Source: Rhodothermales bacterium
Lineage (GTDB): Bacteria > Bacteroidota > Rhodothermia > Rhodothermales > VXPQ01
Reading direction: 5' to 3'
Assembly: GCA_965117025.1 (NCBI GenBank)
Contig: OZ220746.1
Span: 2,085,854-2,149,853 of the forward strand
Length of the DNA stretch: 64,000 bases
Below, one piece after another: positions 39,345-49,578 of the stretch. The notes beneath the pieces were generated by a model. The model was not told the DNA's origin and did not search any database. It saw only the letters and a program-made list of their open reading frames with translations. Position 1 is the first letter of the stretch. Every line of letters begins with the position of its first letter. The position numbers were made by a program, and so were the translations under genes.

Positions 39345-39442
39345 ATTGTTCGATGGATGTGCTGGTGACATGACGCAGGCTGTACTGCGCTCCTGCCCAA
39401 GCTCTTTTTTTCTGATCCGTCTTTGCATATTGCGCGGCTGAT

Positions 39443-42400
39443 ATGTATCTGAGCAAACTCGAATTGCATGGTTTCAAAAGCTTCGCGGATCGTACCGTGC
39501 TGCATTTTGATGCGGGTATTACGGCCATCGTAGGTCCTAACGGATGTGGCAAGTCGAATATTGTGGACGCCGTGCGTTGGGTGATTGGCGAGCAGCGAAC
39601 CCGCATTCTGCGTTCCGACAAGATGGAGAATGTGATTTTCAACGGTGCGTCGAAACGCAAGCCGTTGGGCATGTCCGAAGTGCTTCTGACGATCGAAAAC
39701 AACCGGGATATTCTTCCTGCCCGATACGATGAGGTGCAACTGGGGCGCCGTCTCTACCGATCCGGCGATTCCGAGTATGCCATGAACGGCGTAACATGTC
39801 GTCTTCGGGACATTATGGATCTTTTCATGGACACCGGTATGGGCGCTGGTGCATATTCGGTCATAGAGCTCAAGATGATCGATGAGATTCTGTCCGAAAA
39901 TGCCGATGACCGGCGGCGTCTGTTCGAAGAAGCCGCCGGCATCACGAAATACAAGGTGCGGCGGCGCCAAACGCTCGGAAGACTGGACGCGACCCGGAAC
40001 GACCTCGAGCGGATTCGGGACCTTACGGACGAAATAGCCAAACAGGTTCGGAGTCTCAAGCGGCAGGCCGGACAGGCGGAGCGCTACAAGAAGGCCCGGA
40101 ACCGCCTGCGTGAGATTGAGCTGGCGCTCGCCAGCATCGAATATGCGCGCCTTGCCGAAGAACAGAGCAGGCTCCATAACGAAACGACGGGCTTGAACGA
40201 GCAAACGACGCATGCAACCAAACAGGAAACCGACCAGACGGATGCACTGAATGCGCTCCGGGAGAAGTTGCTTGCCTGTGAAAAGCGCCTTGGCGCAGCA
40301 CGCGACAACCTGTATGCACACATCGACAAACGGCGCGAACTGGAAACGGAGCGACGTCTTTTGGAAGGGCAGTTGGAGTCTGCACACGGCGAACGGCAAC
40401 GTATGCAGGAAGAGCAGGAAACCGCTGCAATGCGCCGTGTGGACATGACGCAGGAGATTGCAGAGGTGGAGAAGGCATTGAAGGAAGCCGAACCTGCCTT
40501 GCATGAGGCGGAGAAACGGCTCGCTGCTGCGGAGCGTGAGCGTGACGCGCACCGTGCCGCCAGCGAGGAAAAACAACAGGCATTGCTGCATCTTCGCGCA
40601 GAAGAACGTGCGCACGAAGAACAACATGCTTCGCAACGCGGCCAACTCGACAAAATCGTTGGCCAGCGGGACCTGGTGCAAAAGAATATGGCGGATGCGG
40701 AAACGGCAAGGCGTGAAGCGGAGGAATCGCTTGCCGAACTGCGTACGCTGGCAGCCGATACGGAAACATTGAAGTCCGGTGCAGCGGCTGCTGTTGACCA
40801 GGCCCGGCTTGCTTTTGAACAGGCCGCAAGGGACGAGGCGCATATCCGGGAATGTCTTGACAAAGCACTCGACCGGTTGCATCAACTCGAACGTGAGCGG
40901 GAAGCGCTTGAAGCATCAGCCCGATTGCTGGAGAGCATGCTCACCTCATACGAGGACTGCTCAGGGGCCGTACAGTATCTGGCCGCCTCGGAATGGTCGA
41001 ACGGAAACCTGACCACAGTGGCCGACCTGTTTGCATGCAAGGATGCGGATCGCGTTGCGCTCGCCGCCGCACTTGGTCCCTTCGCCGGATGCATTGTGGT
41101 GGATTCCGACCGCGAAGCCCGGGCGGCTATCGAACAATTGCGCCGCAACGGCCAGGGCCGGGCCACGTTCATTGTTCTGGACCGGATACCGGATACGGTG
41201 GCATCGGAAAGCTATCGTCCCGAGCAGGCTGGATCGCTTGAGGACTGCATACGCATTGCTGACCGTCAAGGCGATTCCGCCAGGTACGCCCGTCTTGTTC
41301 GTCTTCTGTTGCACGATGCATACGTCGTCGATACGCTCGACGAGGCGGAACAACTTGCTTCCCGGGCCGCCCGTGGCGTGCGGTTCTTTGCGCGCACCGG
41401 CGAATGGGTCGATGCGCAAGGGACTCTGCATGCAGGCAGCAAGGAAGAAGGCGATGCGTTGGCGTCGGGACGTCTCGAACGCCGGGAACAACTGGAAACC
41501 GCGCGCTACCGTTTGCAGACAATTCAAAGCGATATCGCGGTCGCAGAAGAAACCATCGGCAAGCACCGCACCGGGATGGCTGCCGTTTCCTGTGAAGCAT
41601 GTCGCCAACGACTTGCCGAGGCCGAGCGGGGCCTTGCGAAGGCGGAGCGGGAAGCCGTGCAGGCCGTATTCAATCTGGAAGCGGCTGAACACCGTCGGCA
41701 AGCGCTTGCGAACAAATTCGAAGAGGCGAAGACATTTCTCGAAGAGACAGGTCGCGAGAGCAAACGTCTCAGCGAGGATCTTGCACAAGCTGCGGGGAAC
41801 CTGAACGCAGTCCGATCCCGGCTTGCCGAAGCGGAAACGGCATTCCAGGCTGTGGAAACCGAAAGCCGTGCGGCAGCAGGGATATACAACGACGCAAGTC
41901 TGGATGCCCTTAAGGCGCGCAACCGGTACGATAACTTGCAGCGAGACCTTGATCGCGCACGGGGGCGTCTTCAGGACCTGCATGACCGTACGAAAGCACG
42001 CGCCCTCCGCATCGATGAACTGGATCGGAAAATGCAACAGGCCAGCGGTCGGTTGGAAAAACTGGCGACCGAATGGCCCGGTATGGAAGAACACGGAGCC
42101 GTACTGCAGGAGGCGGTGGATCGTTCGGAGGGCGATCTGCAAGCCGTCCGGAATGACATGGCGATCCTCGAGGGCGCCTTGCAGGGGTTAAGGGATCGCC
42201 GCGAGCAATTGGTGCAGCAGGAGCACAAGCGTGAACTGCGTCTCACCGAAATCCGCACCCGCACGGATGCGCTGGTCGAGCAGGTTGCCGGAGATTTTGC
42301 CGTGTCGCTTCCGGAAGCAGTGGCGGAGGCGTCTATCCAGGCGCCGGAAGACTTTGAGGAAGAGGCCGCCCGCGAGGAAGTGAGCGCATTGCGCCACCGC

Positions 42401-43045
42401 ATACGCGCCATGGGGGGCGTCAACGAACTGGCGTTTGAAACCTGGGAAGAAGAAAAGAAACGGCTCGAATTCCTGACGCAGCAACAGCAGGATCTCGAAG
42501 CGGCCGAAAAGACGCTGCTCGAAACGATCGACGAGATCAATGCGACCGCATCGGCGAGGTTTCTGAAAACGTTCGAAGGCATCCGGCGCCATTTCCGGCA
42601 AACGTTTCAGGACCTGTTCGGGGAAGAAGCGGTCGCCGATCTGGTGCTGGAAGATCCGGAGCATCCGCTCGAAACGCCCATCCGCATCCAGGCGCGTCCG
42701 CGGGGAAAAACGTCGTCAGCCACCTCGCTGCTTTCCGGAGGCGAGAAGGCTCTTACGGCGATCGCACTCCTGTTTGGCATCTACCTTGTCAAGCCGAGTC
42801 CCTTCTGTATTCTCGATGAGGTGGATGCTCCTCTCGACGATAAGAACGTTCAGCGTTTCATGCGCATGATCCGGCGGTTTGCAGAACACACGCAATTCGT
42901 TCTCGTTACACATAACAAGTTAACGATGGAGGCGGCGGATCGACTGTACGGCGTCACCATGCAAGAGCCCGGCGTTTCCCGTATCGTTGGCGTGCAATTC
43001 GACGAAGCTGTCAAAATCGTCGAACGTGCGTCCCGGGCTGCATAG
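39443..43045 (+). CDS. smc: Chromosome segregation protein SMC
   Basis: Walker A GPNGCGKSNIVDA, long coiled coils with a central hinge, signature LSGGEKALTAIALLF and Walker B ILDEVDAPLD. 1200 aa. Confidence 0.95.
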   Translation: MYLSKLELHGFKSFADRTVLHFDAGITAIVGPNGCGKSNIVDAVRWVIGEQRTRILRSDKMENVIFNGASKRKPLGMSEVLLTIENNRDILPARYDEVQLGRRLYRSGDSEYAMNGVTCRLRDIMDLFMDTGMGAGAYSVIELKMIDEILSENADDRRRLFEEAAGITKYKVRRRQTLGRLDATRNDLERIRDLTDEIAKQVRSLKRQAGQAERYKKARNRLREIELALASIEYARLAEEQSRLHNETTGLNEQTTHATKQETDQTDALNALREKLLACEKRLGAARDNLYAHIDKRRELETERRLLEGQLESAHGERQRMQEEQETAAMRRVDMTQEIAEVEKALKEAEPALHEAEKRLAAAERERDAHRAASEEKQQALLHLRAEERAHEEQHASQRGQLDKIVGQRDLVQKNMADAETARREAEESLAELRTLAADTETLKSGAAAAVDQARLAFEQAARDEAHIRECLDKALDRLHQLEREREALEASARLLESMLTSYEDCSGAVQYLAASEWSNGNLTTVADLFACKDADRVALAAALGPFAGCIVVDSDREARAAIEQLRRNGQGRATFIVLDRIPDTVASESYRPEQAGSLEDCIRIADRQGDSARYARLVRLLLHDAYVVDTLDEAEQLASRAARGVRFFARTGEWVDAQGTLHAGSKEEGDALASGRLERREQLETARYRLQTIQSDIAVAEETIGKHRTGMAAVSCEACRQRLAEAERGLAKAEREAVQAVFNLEAAEHRRQALANKFEEAKTFLEETGRESKRLSEDLAQAAGNLNAVRSRLAEAETAFQAVETESRAAAGIYNDASLDALKARNRYDNLQRDLDRARGRLQDLHDRTKARALRIDELDRKMQQASGRLEKLATEWPGMEEHGAVLQEAVDRSEGDLQAVRNDMAILEGALQGLRDRREQLVQQEHKRELRLTEIRTRTDALVEQVAGDFAVSLPEAVAEASIQAPEDFEEEAAREEVSALRHRIRAMGGVNELAFETWEEEKKRLEFLTQQQQDLEAAEKTLLETIDEINATASARFLKTFEGIRRHFRQTFQDLFGEEAVADLVLEDPEHPLETPIRIQARPRGKTSSATSLLSGGEKALTAIALLFGIYLVKPSPFCILDEVDAPLDDKNVQRFMRMIRRFAEHTQFVLVTHNKLTMEAADRLYGVTMQEPGVSRIVGVQFDEAVKIVERASRAA

Positions 43046-43193
43046 CATATATCCCGACAGGGCGGTGCGTCCGGCAACGCCGCATGGCGGGAAAACAGGC
43101 CCCGCAGAGCGCCGCTGCATAGTGGTAACAGGCCCTAGATGTCTGGTCGTTTGCCTATCTTTGCGGAGCGACCCGTGAAGCAGCATTTCCCGA

Positions 43194-44231
43194 ATGAACC
43201 CGGACGAACACAAGCAACCTGACCTCGACGGAAGTGGGGAGGCCGCTTGGCCCCACCATGTCCTGTTGCTGATTTTCGTCGTACTTTGGGGCGGGAATTT
43301 CGTGCTCGCCGAAGTAGCCCTTCGCGAGATGTCCCCTATCGGGTTTTCCGTTTCCCGATTTCTTCTCGGGGGCGCAGCCATGATTACCATGCTGTACTTT
43401 CAGCTCTTTTTTGGAGCTGGGGGAGCGGAAAGAGGCGCCCGCCTTTTTCCCCGTGTGCGTAAAAAAGATTGGCCGCGCTTGCTTGTTGTCGCCATTCTGG
43501 GCGCCACGCTCGCTCCCTGGCTCGGTATTGAGGGACTTGGACTTACCCACGGCGCCCGGGCTTCCTTGTGGCTGGCGCTGGGCCCCGTGCTCAGTTGCGC
43601 GCTGGGATATGTGTTGGGCACGGAACGCATCGGGCGCCTCGGATACGTCGGTATTGTGCTGGCTGCGCTCGGCACATTCACGCTGGCCTTCGACGGTTTT
43701 CGCGCTGACAAGGGGTATTGGGTCGGGGATCTGTTACTCGTTCTGGCGCTGCTCATGGCGGTCGCCGAACTGCATTTCATCAAACCCCTTGCCGCCCGCT
43801 ATGGCGCCACGGCCATGGTGGCGGCCCGCACGGCTATTGGCGGCACGGTGTACCTTGTCATCGCCCTGCCTGCACTCATAGGTGAATCCTGGCTGGAGCT
43901 CGGCGCCTGGACCTGGATCGCCATTGTTTTCGGGGGGGCCGTCGGGGTCGGTATCGGCCAGTGGGCCAAGGTGCGTGCCCTGAAGAAACTGGGACCCACC
44001 CGGGTAGTGCTCTATGGCAATCTCGTCCCCCTTGCCGCGCTCTGGCTTGCATGGGCAACCATCCGGACGCAACCGTCCGCGCTGGAGATCCTGTCCGGAC
44101 TGTTTATCGTCCTGGGCGCGATCTGCATTCAGGTGCTGGATGTGCGCGGCCGGAACGGGAACGGAAAGAAGGGCAGAACCGGGATATCCGATCTTCTAAG
44201 AAACGTGGCCGTGCGGTCCGGGGACACCTGA
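43194..44231 (+). CDS. EamA/DMT-family transporter
   Basis: About 10 predicted TM helices in two EamA-like halves (VLWGGNFVLAEVALREMSP...). Confidence 0.75.
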   Translation: MNPDEHKQPDLDGSGEAAWPHHVLLLIFVVLWGGNFVLAEVALREMSPIGFSVSRFLLGGAAMITMLYFQLFFGAGGAERGARLFPRVRKKDWPRLLVVAILGATLAPWLGIEGLGLTHGARASLWLALGPVLSCALGYVLGTERIGRLGYVGIVLAALGTFTLAFDGFRADKGYWVGDLLLVLALLMAVAELHFIKPLAARYGATAMVAARTAIGGTVYLVIALPALIGESWLELGAWTWIAIVFGGAVGVGIGQWAKVRALKKLGPTRVVLYGNLVPLAALWLAWATIRTQPSALEILSGLFIVLGAICIQVLDVRGRNGNGKKGRTGISDLLRNVAVRSGDT

Positions 44232-44256
44232 GCACCTGTTGCCGTTGCCGCCCCTG

Positions 44257-44649
44257 TCAGGAGGCGCCCGGCATTCTCACGACCAGCTCGTCCGGCAGGT
44301 CGTTTCGTTGTGCTTCCGGATTGACGAGGGGGCCGGTAAGCGGCATATGAAACCCGGTCAGGAACGGCGCCATCGTCGAAAAGAAGAATTCCTGCTGGAA
44401 TTCGTAAAAGTCGGCGTCGAATCCGGCGTATTCCCCGGTGTGTTCTTCCACATCGAGGTAGAACACGCGCGGCCAGTCGGGGAAATCCCCCTGCGCTTTT
44501 TTCAGGTAGTTGAAAACGGCCGCCGCCGCCTGATCGAATGTGTCTTCCGCACGTACGATGTGGTGGATGGCGACCGTATTGTCGAACTGCATCCAGATGC
44601 CTTCAGCGTCCGGTTTGCGATAGGCGGGTATAAAAGGCGGTTCCGGCAT
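44257..44649 (-). CDS. Hypothetical protein (130 aa from ATG 44649)
   Basis: ORF directly downstream of uvrA on the same strand. The track start at 44715 is GTG and would overlap the uvrA 3' end by 41 nt. No family recognised. Confidence 0.45.
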   Translation of the reverse strand: MPEPPFIPAYRKPDAEGIWMQFDNTVAIHHIVRAEDTFDQAAAAVFNYLKKAQGDFPDWPRVFYLDVEEHTGEYAGFDADFYEFQQEFFFSTMAPFLTGFHMPLTGPLVNPEAQRNDLPDELVVRMPGAS

Positions 44650-44674
44650 CGATGCGGATAAAGGGCTGTCGTGG

Positions 44675-47614
44675 TCAGGCAGGGGAAGGGAGGGGAAAGG
44701 CAAGTTCTTCTTCACCCGCTTCGTGGGAAGTCAGGGCGTCCAGGTCAAGGCTCCGGGCATCTTCTTCCTCGAACGTTCCGTCGAAGCGTTCCAGTTCCTC
44801 CCGCAAATATTCTGCGGTAGCGGTATGCGTTCGGGCGAGGTCTTCCGGGGCGCCCGAAAACAGAATATGCCCGCCTTGCGCACCGCCGACCGGTCCCATG
44901 TCCACGATCCAGTCCGCGACCTTGACCACATCCATATTGTGTTCGATGATCAGCACAGTGTTTCCTTTTTGCACCAGCGCATCAAGGACCATCAGCAAGT
45001 GCCGGATGTCTTCGAAATGGAGCCCTGTGGTCGGTTCGTCGAGAATGTACAGGGTACGTCCGGTTCCCGGCCTCGAAAGCTCCCGCGCCAGTTTGACCCG
45101 TTGCGCCTCCCCGCCGGATAACGTCGTAGAGGGTTGTCCGAGTCGGATATATCCCAGCCCGACCGAGTCGAGTGTACGAAGTTTCCGTTCGATGCGCGGG
45201 ATATGCTCGAAGAACGCCAGCGCCTCGGACACCGTCATATCCAGTGCGTCCGCAATGTTCTTTCCCTTGTAGCGTACTTCCAGCGTCTCCGAGTTGTAGC
45301 GACGACCCTTGCATGTGTCACATTCCACATACACGTCGGGGAGAAAATTCATCTCCAGTTTGACGATACCGGCTCCCTTGCATGTCTCGCACCGCCCCCC
45401 TTTCGTATTGAAGGAAAATCTGCCTTTTCCGTATCCGCGGATTTTCGATTCCGGAAGCTGGGCGAACAAATCCCGGATCGAGGTGAACAGGTTCGTATAG
45501 GTGGCGGGGTTCGACCGGGGCGTTCTCCCGATCGGACTCTGGTCGATGTCGATGACCTTGTCGATGTGCTCTGTGCCTTTCAGGGATTCAAAAGGCAGCG
45601 GCGGGGTTCCGGCGCCGTGCAGCCGTTGAGCCAACAGGGGATACAGTGTCTGGTTGACCAGGCTGGACTTACCGGACCCTGAAACCCCTGTAACGCATGT
45701 GAAGGCGCCCAGTGGAAATGCGAAGGGATCCCCTTTCAGGTTGTGCCCGGTGGCGCCCGTGAGAACCAGGCGCTTTTCCGAGCCGTTCCGGCGGTGTTTC
45801 GGTATATGGATGCGCCGTATCCCCTGAAGGTATGCTGCCGTAAGGCTTGTGTGGCCATTGATTGCGACCGGCAACGCATCGGGTGTCGTGGCTCCCATGA
45901 CCTGTCCGCCATGTTCTCCGGCGCCGGGCCCGAGGTCCACCACAAAATCGGCAGCCTCGATCATTTCCCTGTCATGCTCGACAACGAGCACCGAATTGCC
46001 GAGATCGCGCAATTGCCGCAGGGAATCGATCAGTCTGGAATGGTCGTTCGGATGCAGGCCGATGGATGGCTCATCCAGCACATACAACACTCCGGTAAGA
46101 CGCGTACCAATCTGGGTCGCCAGGCGAATGCGCTGGCTTTCCCCGCCGGACAGCGTGCGCGCCGCACGATCCAGGCTGAGATATCCCACCCCGACGGAGA
46201 TCAGAAAATCGAGCCGTTCCCTGATTTCCTTGACGATCGGGCGCGCAATGACTTGCTGGCGGTCGGAGAACGATACCTCGTCGAAAAACGTGCGCAACCC
46301 GACCAGATCCATCCGGACAAGGTCGGCGATGTTGCAGGTTCCGATCCGGTACGACAGGCTCTCTTTTCTCAACCGGCCGCCCCCGCAGTCACTGCACGGC
46401 ATCTGCCGCATGAACGACTCGGCCCATTTGCGCTGGGTGTTCGACGACGTGTTGTCGTATGTGTGGCGGATATACCCGTAGATGCCGTCGAAGCGGTGCC
46501 GGTAGCATACTTCCCTGTCCTTGTAGGTATACACAATGTCGAATTTTTCCTCCCCGGCGCCGAAGAGCAGGGTCTGCCGCTGCGTTTCCGTCAGGTCCCC
46601 GATAGGTGTGTCGAACCCGAAACCGCGGGCGGCAGCCACCGCCCGCAACTGGTTGAATATCCAGATGTCGCGCGGCTTGCCCAGCGGGGCGAGTCCGCCT
46701 TCGGCAATGGTGCGGAACGGATCCGGAATAACCAGTTGCGGACCGATCTCCCGTCGATTGCCGAGCCCGTTGCATTCGGGACACGCTCCATAGGGCGTGT
46801 TGAAGGAAAACATGTTTGGCGAGGCGTCTTCGTAGTAGAGCCCGTCTTCCGGACTGAACAAATGGCGGCTCATCAGATGATCGCCTGTTTTCGGCCCGTT
46901 CATCGCCTGCACGATCAGCGTTCCGCCGCCCATGCCCAGTGCGGTCTCTGCCGACCGGGCAATTCGGGAGCGAATGCCCTCCTTGATCACGATGCGGTCC
47001 ACCACGACCTCGATGTCGTGCGTCTTGTACCGGTCTACTCTCATGCCCGGTTCAATTTCCTGCGTTTCCCCGTCGATGCGTACGCGCTGGAAGCCCTGTT
47101 TCTTCATCTGTTCGAAGAGCTCCCGGTAGTGTCCCTTGCGCGCCCGCACGACCGGCGCCAGCATCATCATGCGGGTCCCTTCGGGGAAGGACGCGATCTC
47201 GTCGATGATCTCGTCATCGGACTGTTTTCGCATCGGCGCGCCGGAGACGTACGAATACGGCGTACCGGCCCGTGCAAAAAGCAGACGGATGAAATCATAG
47301 ATCTCCGTGACCGTACCCACCGTCGACCGGGGATTGCGGCTGACCGTTTTCTGATCGATGGCGATCACGGGGGAGAGGCCGTCGATGAAATCGACATCGG
47401 GCCGTTCCATCATACCCAGAAATTGCCGGGCATAGGCGCTCAGGCTTTCCATGTAGCGGCGCCGGCCTTCGGCATAGATCGTGTCGAAGGCGAGGCTCGA
47501 TTTGCCTGAACCGGACAGGCCGGTTATGACCACAAGTTGCTCTCTTGGAATATCGACATCGATATTCCGGAGATTGTGGGCGCGTGCGCCGCGAATCGTG
47601 ATCCGGTCGTCCAT
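44675..47614 (-). CDS. uvrA: Excinuclease ABC subunit A
   Basis: ATG at 47612-47614 gives [45 protein letters not shown]. Second ATPase site [10 protein letters not shown]. Zinc-finger cysteine motifs (CPECNG, CETCKG). Confidence 0.95.
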   Translation of the reverse strand: MDDRITIRGARAHNLRNIDVDIPREQLVVITGLSGSGKSSLAFDTIYAEGRRRYMESLSAYARQFLGMMERPDVDFIDGLSPVIAIDQKTVSRNPRSTVGTVTEIYDFIRLLFARAGTPYSYVSGAPMRKQSDDEIIDEIASFPEGTRMMMLAPVVRARKGHYRELFEQMKKQGFQRVRIDGETQEIEPGMRVDRYKTHDIEVVVDRIVIKEGIRSRIARSAETALGMGGGTLIVQAMNGPKTGDHLMSRHLFSPEDGLYYEDASPNMFSFNTPYGACPECNGLGNRREIGPQLVIPDPFRTIAEGGLAPLGKPRDIWIFNQLRAVAAARGFGFDTPIGDLTETQRQTLLFGAGEEKFDIVYTYKDREVCYRHRFDGIYGYIRHTYDNTSSNTQRKWAESFMRQMPCSDCGGGRLRKESLSYRIGTCNIADLVRMDLVGLRTFFDEVSFSDRQQVIARPIVKEIRERLDFLISVGVGYLSLDRAARTLSGGESQRIRLATQIGTRLTGVLYVLDEPSIGLHPNDHSRLIDSLRQLRDLGNSVLVVEHDREMIEAADFVVDLGPGAGEHGGQVMGATTPDALPVAINGHTSLTAAYLQGIRRIHIPKHRRNGSEKRLVLTGATGHNLKGDPFAFPLGAFTCVTGVSGSGKSSLVNQTLYPLLAQRLHGAGTPPLPFESLKGTEHIDKVIDIDQSPIGRTPRSNPATYTNLFTSIRDLFAQLPESKIRGYGKGRFSFNTKGGRCETCKGAGIVKLEMNFLPDVYVECDTCKGRRYNSETLEVRYKGKNIADALDMTVSEALAFFEHIPRIERKLRTLDSVGLGYIRLGQPSTTLSGGEAQRVKLARELSRPGTGRTLYILDEPTTGLHFEDIRHLLMVLDALVQKGNTVLIIEHNMDVVKVADWIVDMGPVGGAQGGHILFSGAPEDLARTHTATAEYLREELERFDGTFEEEDARSLDLDALTSHEAGEEELAFPLPSPA

Positions 47615-47865
47615 GGGAGTTTGTCGAAATACCGTCCCTCTTCCAGTCCGGACGCCGCATGCGGTACGCATCGCGGCGTCCAGAGGGTATCCTTAAAAGA
47701 AAACGAATCCCAAGGACATGCGCCGGAAAAACATGCCCCGAAAATCCACGATGCACCAGGGCGGCGGGCCCGGAAGATCATGAACCATTCGGTATCCGCT
47801 ATCTTTGTCTATATTCCATCTCCACTGCGTTGCTGCAGATGTTTTCCAACCATCAGAACGTTGCC

Positions 47866-49518
47866 ATGAGAATACCGTTCGCCGTTGCGCTTCTTTGTTT
47901 GCCTTTGTTTGCTGCGCCGCCTGTCGTTGCGCAGGACCGACCCAACATCGTATGGATTTCCGCCGAAGACGTCAGCTTACGGTTCGGCGCTTATGGCGAC
48001 GCCGCGGCGAACACGCCCCATCTCGACCGCCTTGCTTCCGAAGGGACCCGTTACCTGCACGCCTTCACTACCGCCGGGGTGTGCGCGCCGAGCCGGGCGG
48101 CTATCATCACAGGCATGCACCAGAACGGTTGGGGAGGCCACCATATGCGCACCACGCACGATGCGCCGGGCATTCCCACGCCGTATCATGCCACGCCTCC
48201 TCCGTACGTGAAGGCCTTCACGGAATATCTCCGGGCCGCCGGTTACTTCACGACGAACGATGTCAAAACCGACTACCAGATCGGCAACCCCGTCACGATC
48301 TGGGACGAGCACAAGCGCGGGGCGCACTGGCGCAGCCCGCTTCGCGAGGAAGGCCAGCCGTTCTTTTCCGTGTTCAACTTCGGGATCACGCACGAGAGTC
48401 AAAGCTGGGTGACGCCGGACGAGGAAACGACCACGGACCCGAATTCGCTGGAATTGCCTCCCTACTATCCGGATACTCCGGAAGTGCGGCGGCAGCTGGC
48501 CAAGCATTACGACAATATTGCCCGTCTCGACGAACAGGCCGGGGAGATTCTGCGCCAACTGGAAGAGGATGGCCTTGCCGACAATACGGTGGTCTTTTTC
48601 TGGGGCGATCACGGCGACGGCCTGCCCCGGGCCAAGCGCTGGCTCTACGATTCCGGCATACATGTCCCGCTCATCGTGCGGATGCCCGGACAGCAGGAGC
48701 CCGGTTCGGCCAGCGAACGGCTTGTCAGTCTGGTAGATCTGGGCCCCACCGTATTGTCTCTCGCCGGCGTGCCCATTCCCGCGCACATGGATGGCATGGC
48801 TTTTCTCGGGGATGCGGAGGCCCCGCCGCGCGAATATATCTACGCGGCCCGGGACCGCATCGACATGATATACGACATGGTCCGGGCCGCTCGCGACAGG
48901 CAATACAAGTACATTCGCAATTTTCACCCGGAAAAGCCGTACGTGCAATTCGTCCCGTACCGCAACCGTTCGTCCATCATTCAGGAGATATTCCGCCTGC
49001 ACATCGCCGGCGAACTCGACGACGTGCAGCAACTGTGGCTACGAGACAACCGTTCCCCGGAGGAACTCTACGATGTACAGGCCGATCCGCATGAAGTCAA
49101 TAATCTGGCGGACGATCCCGCGCTTCGCGATGTGTTGCACCGGATGCGCGGCGAGCTCGACGCCTGGATGCTCGACATCGACGAGAAAGGGCATCTGTCC
49201 GAAGATCAGATGGTCCGGCAGATGTGGATGGGCGAGGAGCAGCCCGTTACGGCGACGCCGCTTATTCTGCGGCGAAACGATATCGACAGGGAAGTGGAGG
49301 CGGAGCAGGATGGCCTTGTCGATATCGTCATCGAGGCCGGCACGGACGGGGCGTCCATCGCCTGGACCACCGACGAAGGCGAGGAGCCGCACTGGAAGCT
49401 CTATGCCCGCCCGATTCGCCTCGAACCGGGAACGACCACCACGATCCGGGCCAAAGCGATTCGCTACGGTTACGCCGAAAGCCCCGAAACCATGGCCACG
49501 ATTACCGTGAACCCATAG
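47866..49518 (+). CDS. Cys-type sulfatase with C-terminal chitobiase/hexosaminidase-C-like domain
   Basis: Signal peptide MRIPFAVALLCLPLFAAPPVVAQ (alternative ATG at 47839). Formylglycine motif CAPSRAAIITG. C-terminal DGASIAWTTDEGEEPHWKLYARPIRLEPGTT. Confidence 0.85.
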   Translation: MRIPFAVALLCLPLFAAPPVVAQDRPNIVWISAEDVSLRFGAYGDAAANTPHLDRLASEGTRYLHAFTTAGVCAPSRAAIITGMHQNGWGGHHMRTTHDAPGIPTPYHATPPPYVKAFTEYLRAAGYFTTNDVKTDYQIGNPVTIWDEHKRGAHWRSPLREEGQPFFSVFNFGITHESQSWVTPDEETTTDPNSLELPPYYPDTPEVRRQLAKHYDNIARLDEQAGEILRQLEEDGLADNTVVFFWGDHGDGLPRAKRWLYDSGIHVPLIVRMPGQQEPGSASERLVSLVDLGPTVLSLAGVPIPAHMDGMAFLGDAEAPPREYIYAARDRIDMIYDMVRAARDRQYKYIRNFHPEKPYVQFVPYRNRSSIIQEIFRLHIAGELDDVQQLWLRDNRSPEELYDVQADPHEVNNLADDPALRDVLHRMRGELDAWMLDIDEKGHLSEDQMVRQMWMGEEQPVTATPLILRRNDIDREVEAEQDGLVDIVIEAGTDGASIAWTTDEGEEPHWKLYARPIRLEPGTTTTIRAKAIRYGYAESPETMATITVNP

Positions 49519-49578
49519 CGCACTGCACGGGCTATGCCCGCATGCGCGGTCGGGTAGCTGTGCTGGCCGTTCTTACGC

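Noticed and set aside
39332-40916. Three overlapping minus-strand ORFs (517, 286 and 259 aa)
   Set aside because: All are antisense to smc. They have low-complexity Arg/Ser/Ala-rich products, and the smc frame carries Walker and signature motifs.
44650-44715. GTG-initiated N-terminal extension of the small gene downstream of uvrA
   Set aside because: It would overlap the uvrA coding end by 41 nt. An ATG at 44647-44649 lies just after the uvrA stop and is the simpler start. The extension is not excluded.
45743-47509. 588-aa plus-strand ORF
   Set aside because: It is antisense to uvrA and has no recognisable domain.
47805-49094. 429-aa ORF in an alternate plus-strand frame of the sulfatase gene
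   Set aside because: It is off-frame relative to the ORF carrying the CxPSR sulfatase signature, and its product is Arg/Pro/Gly-rich.
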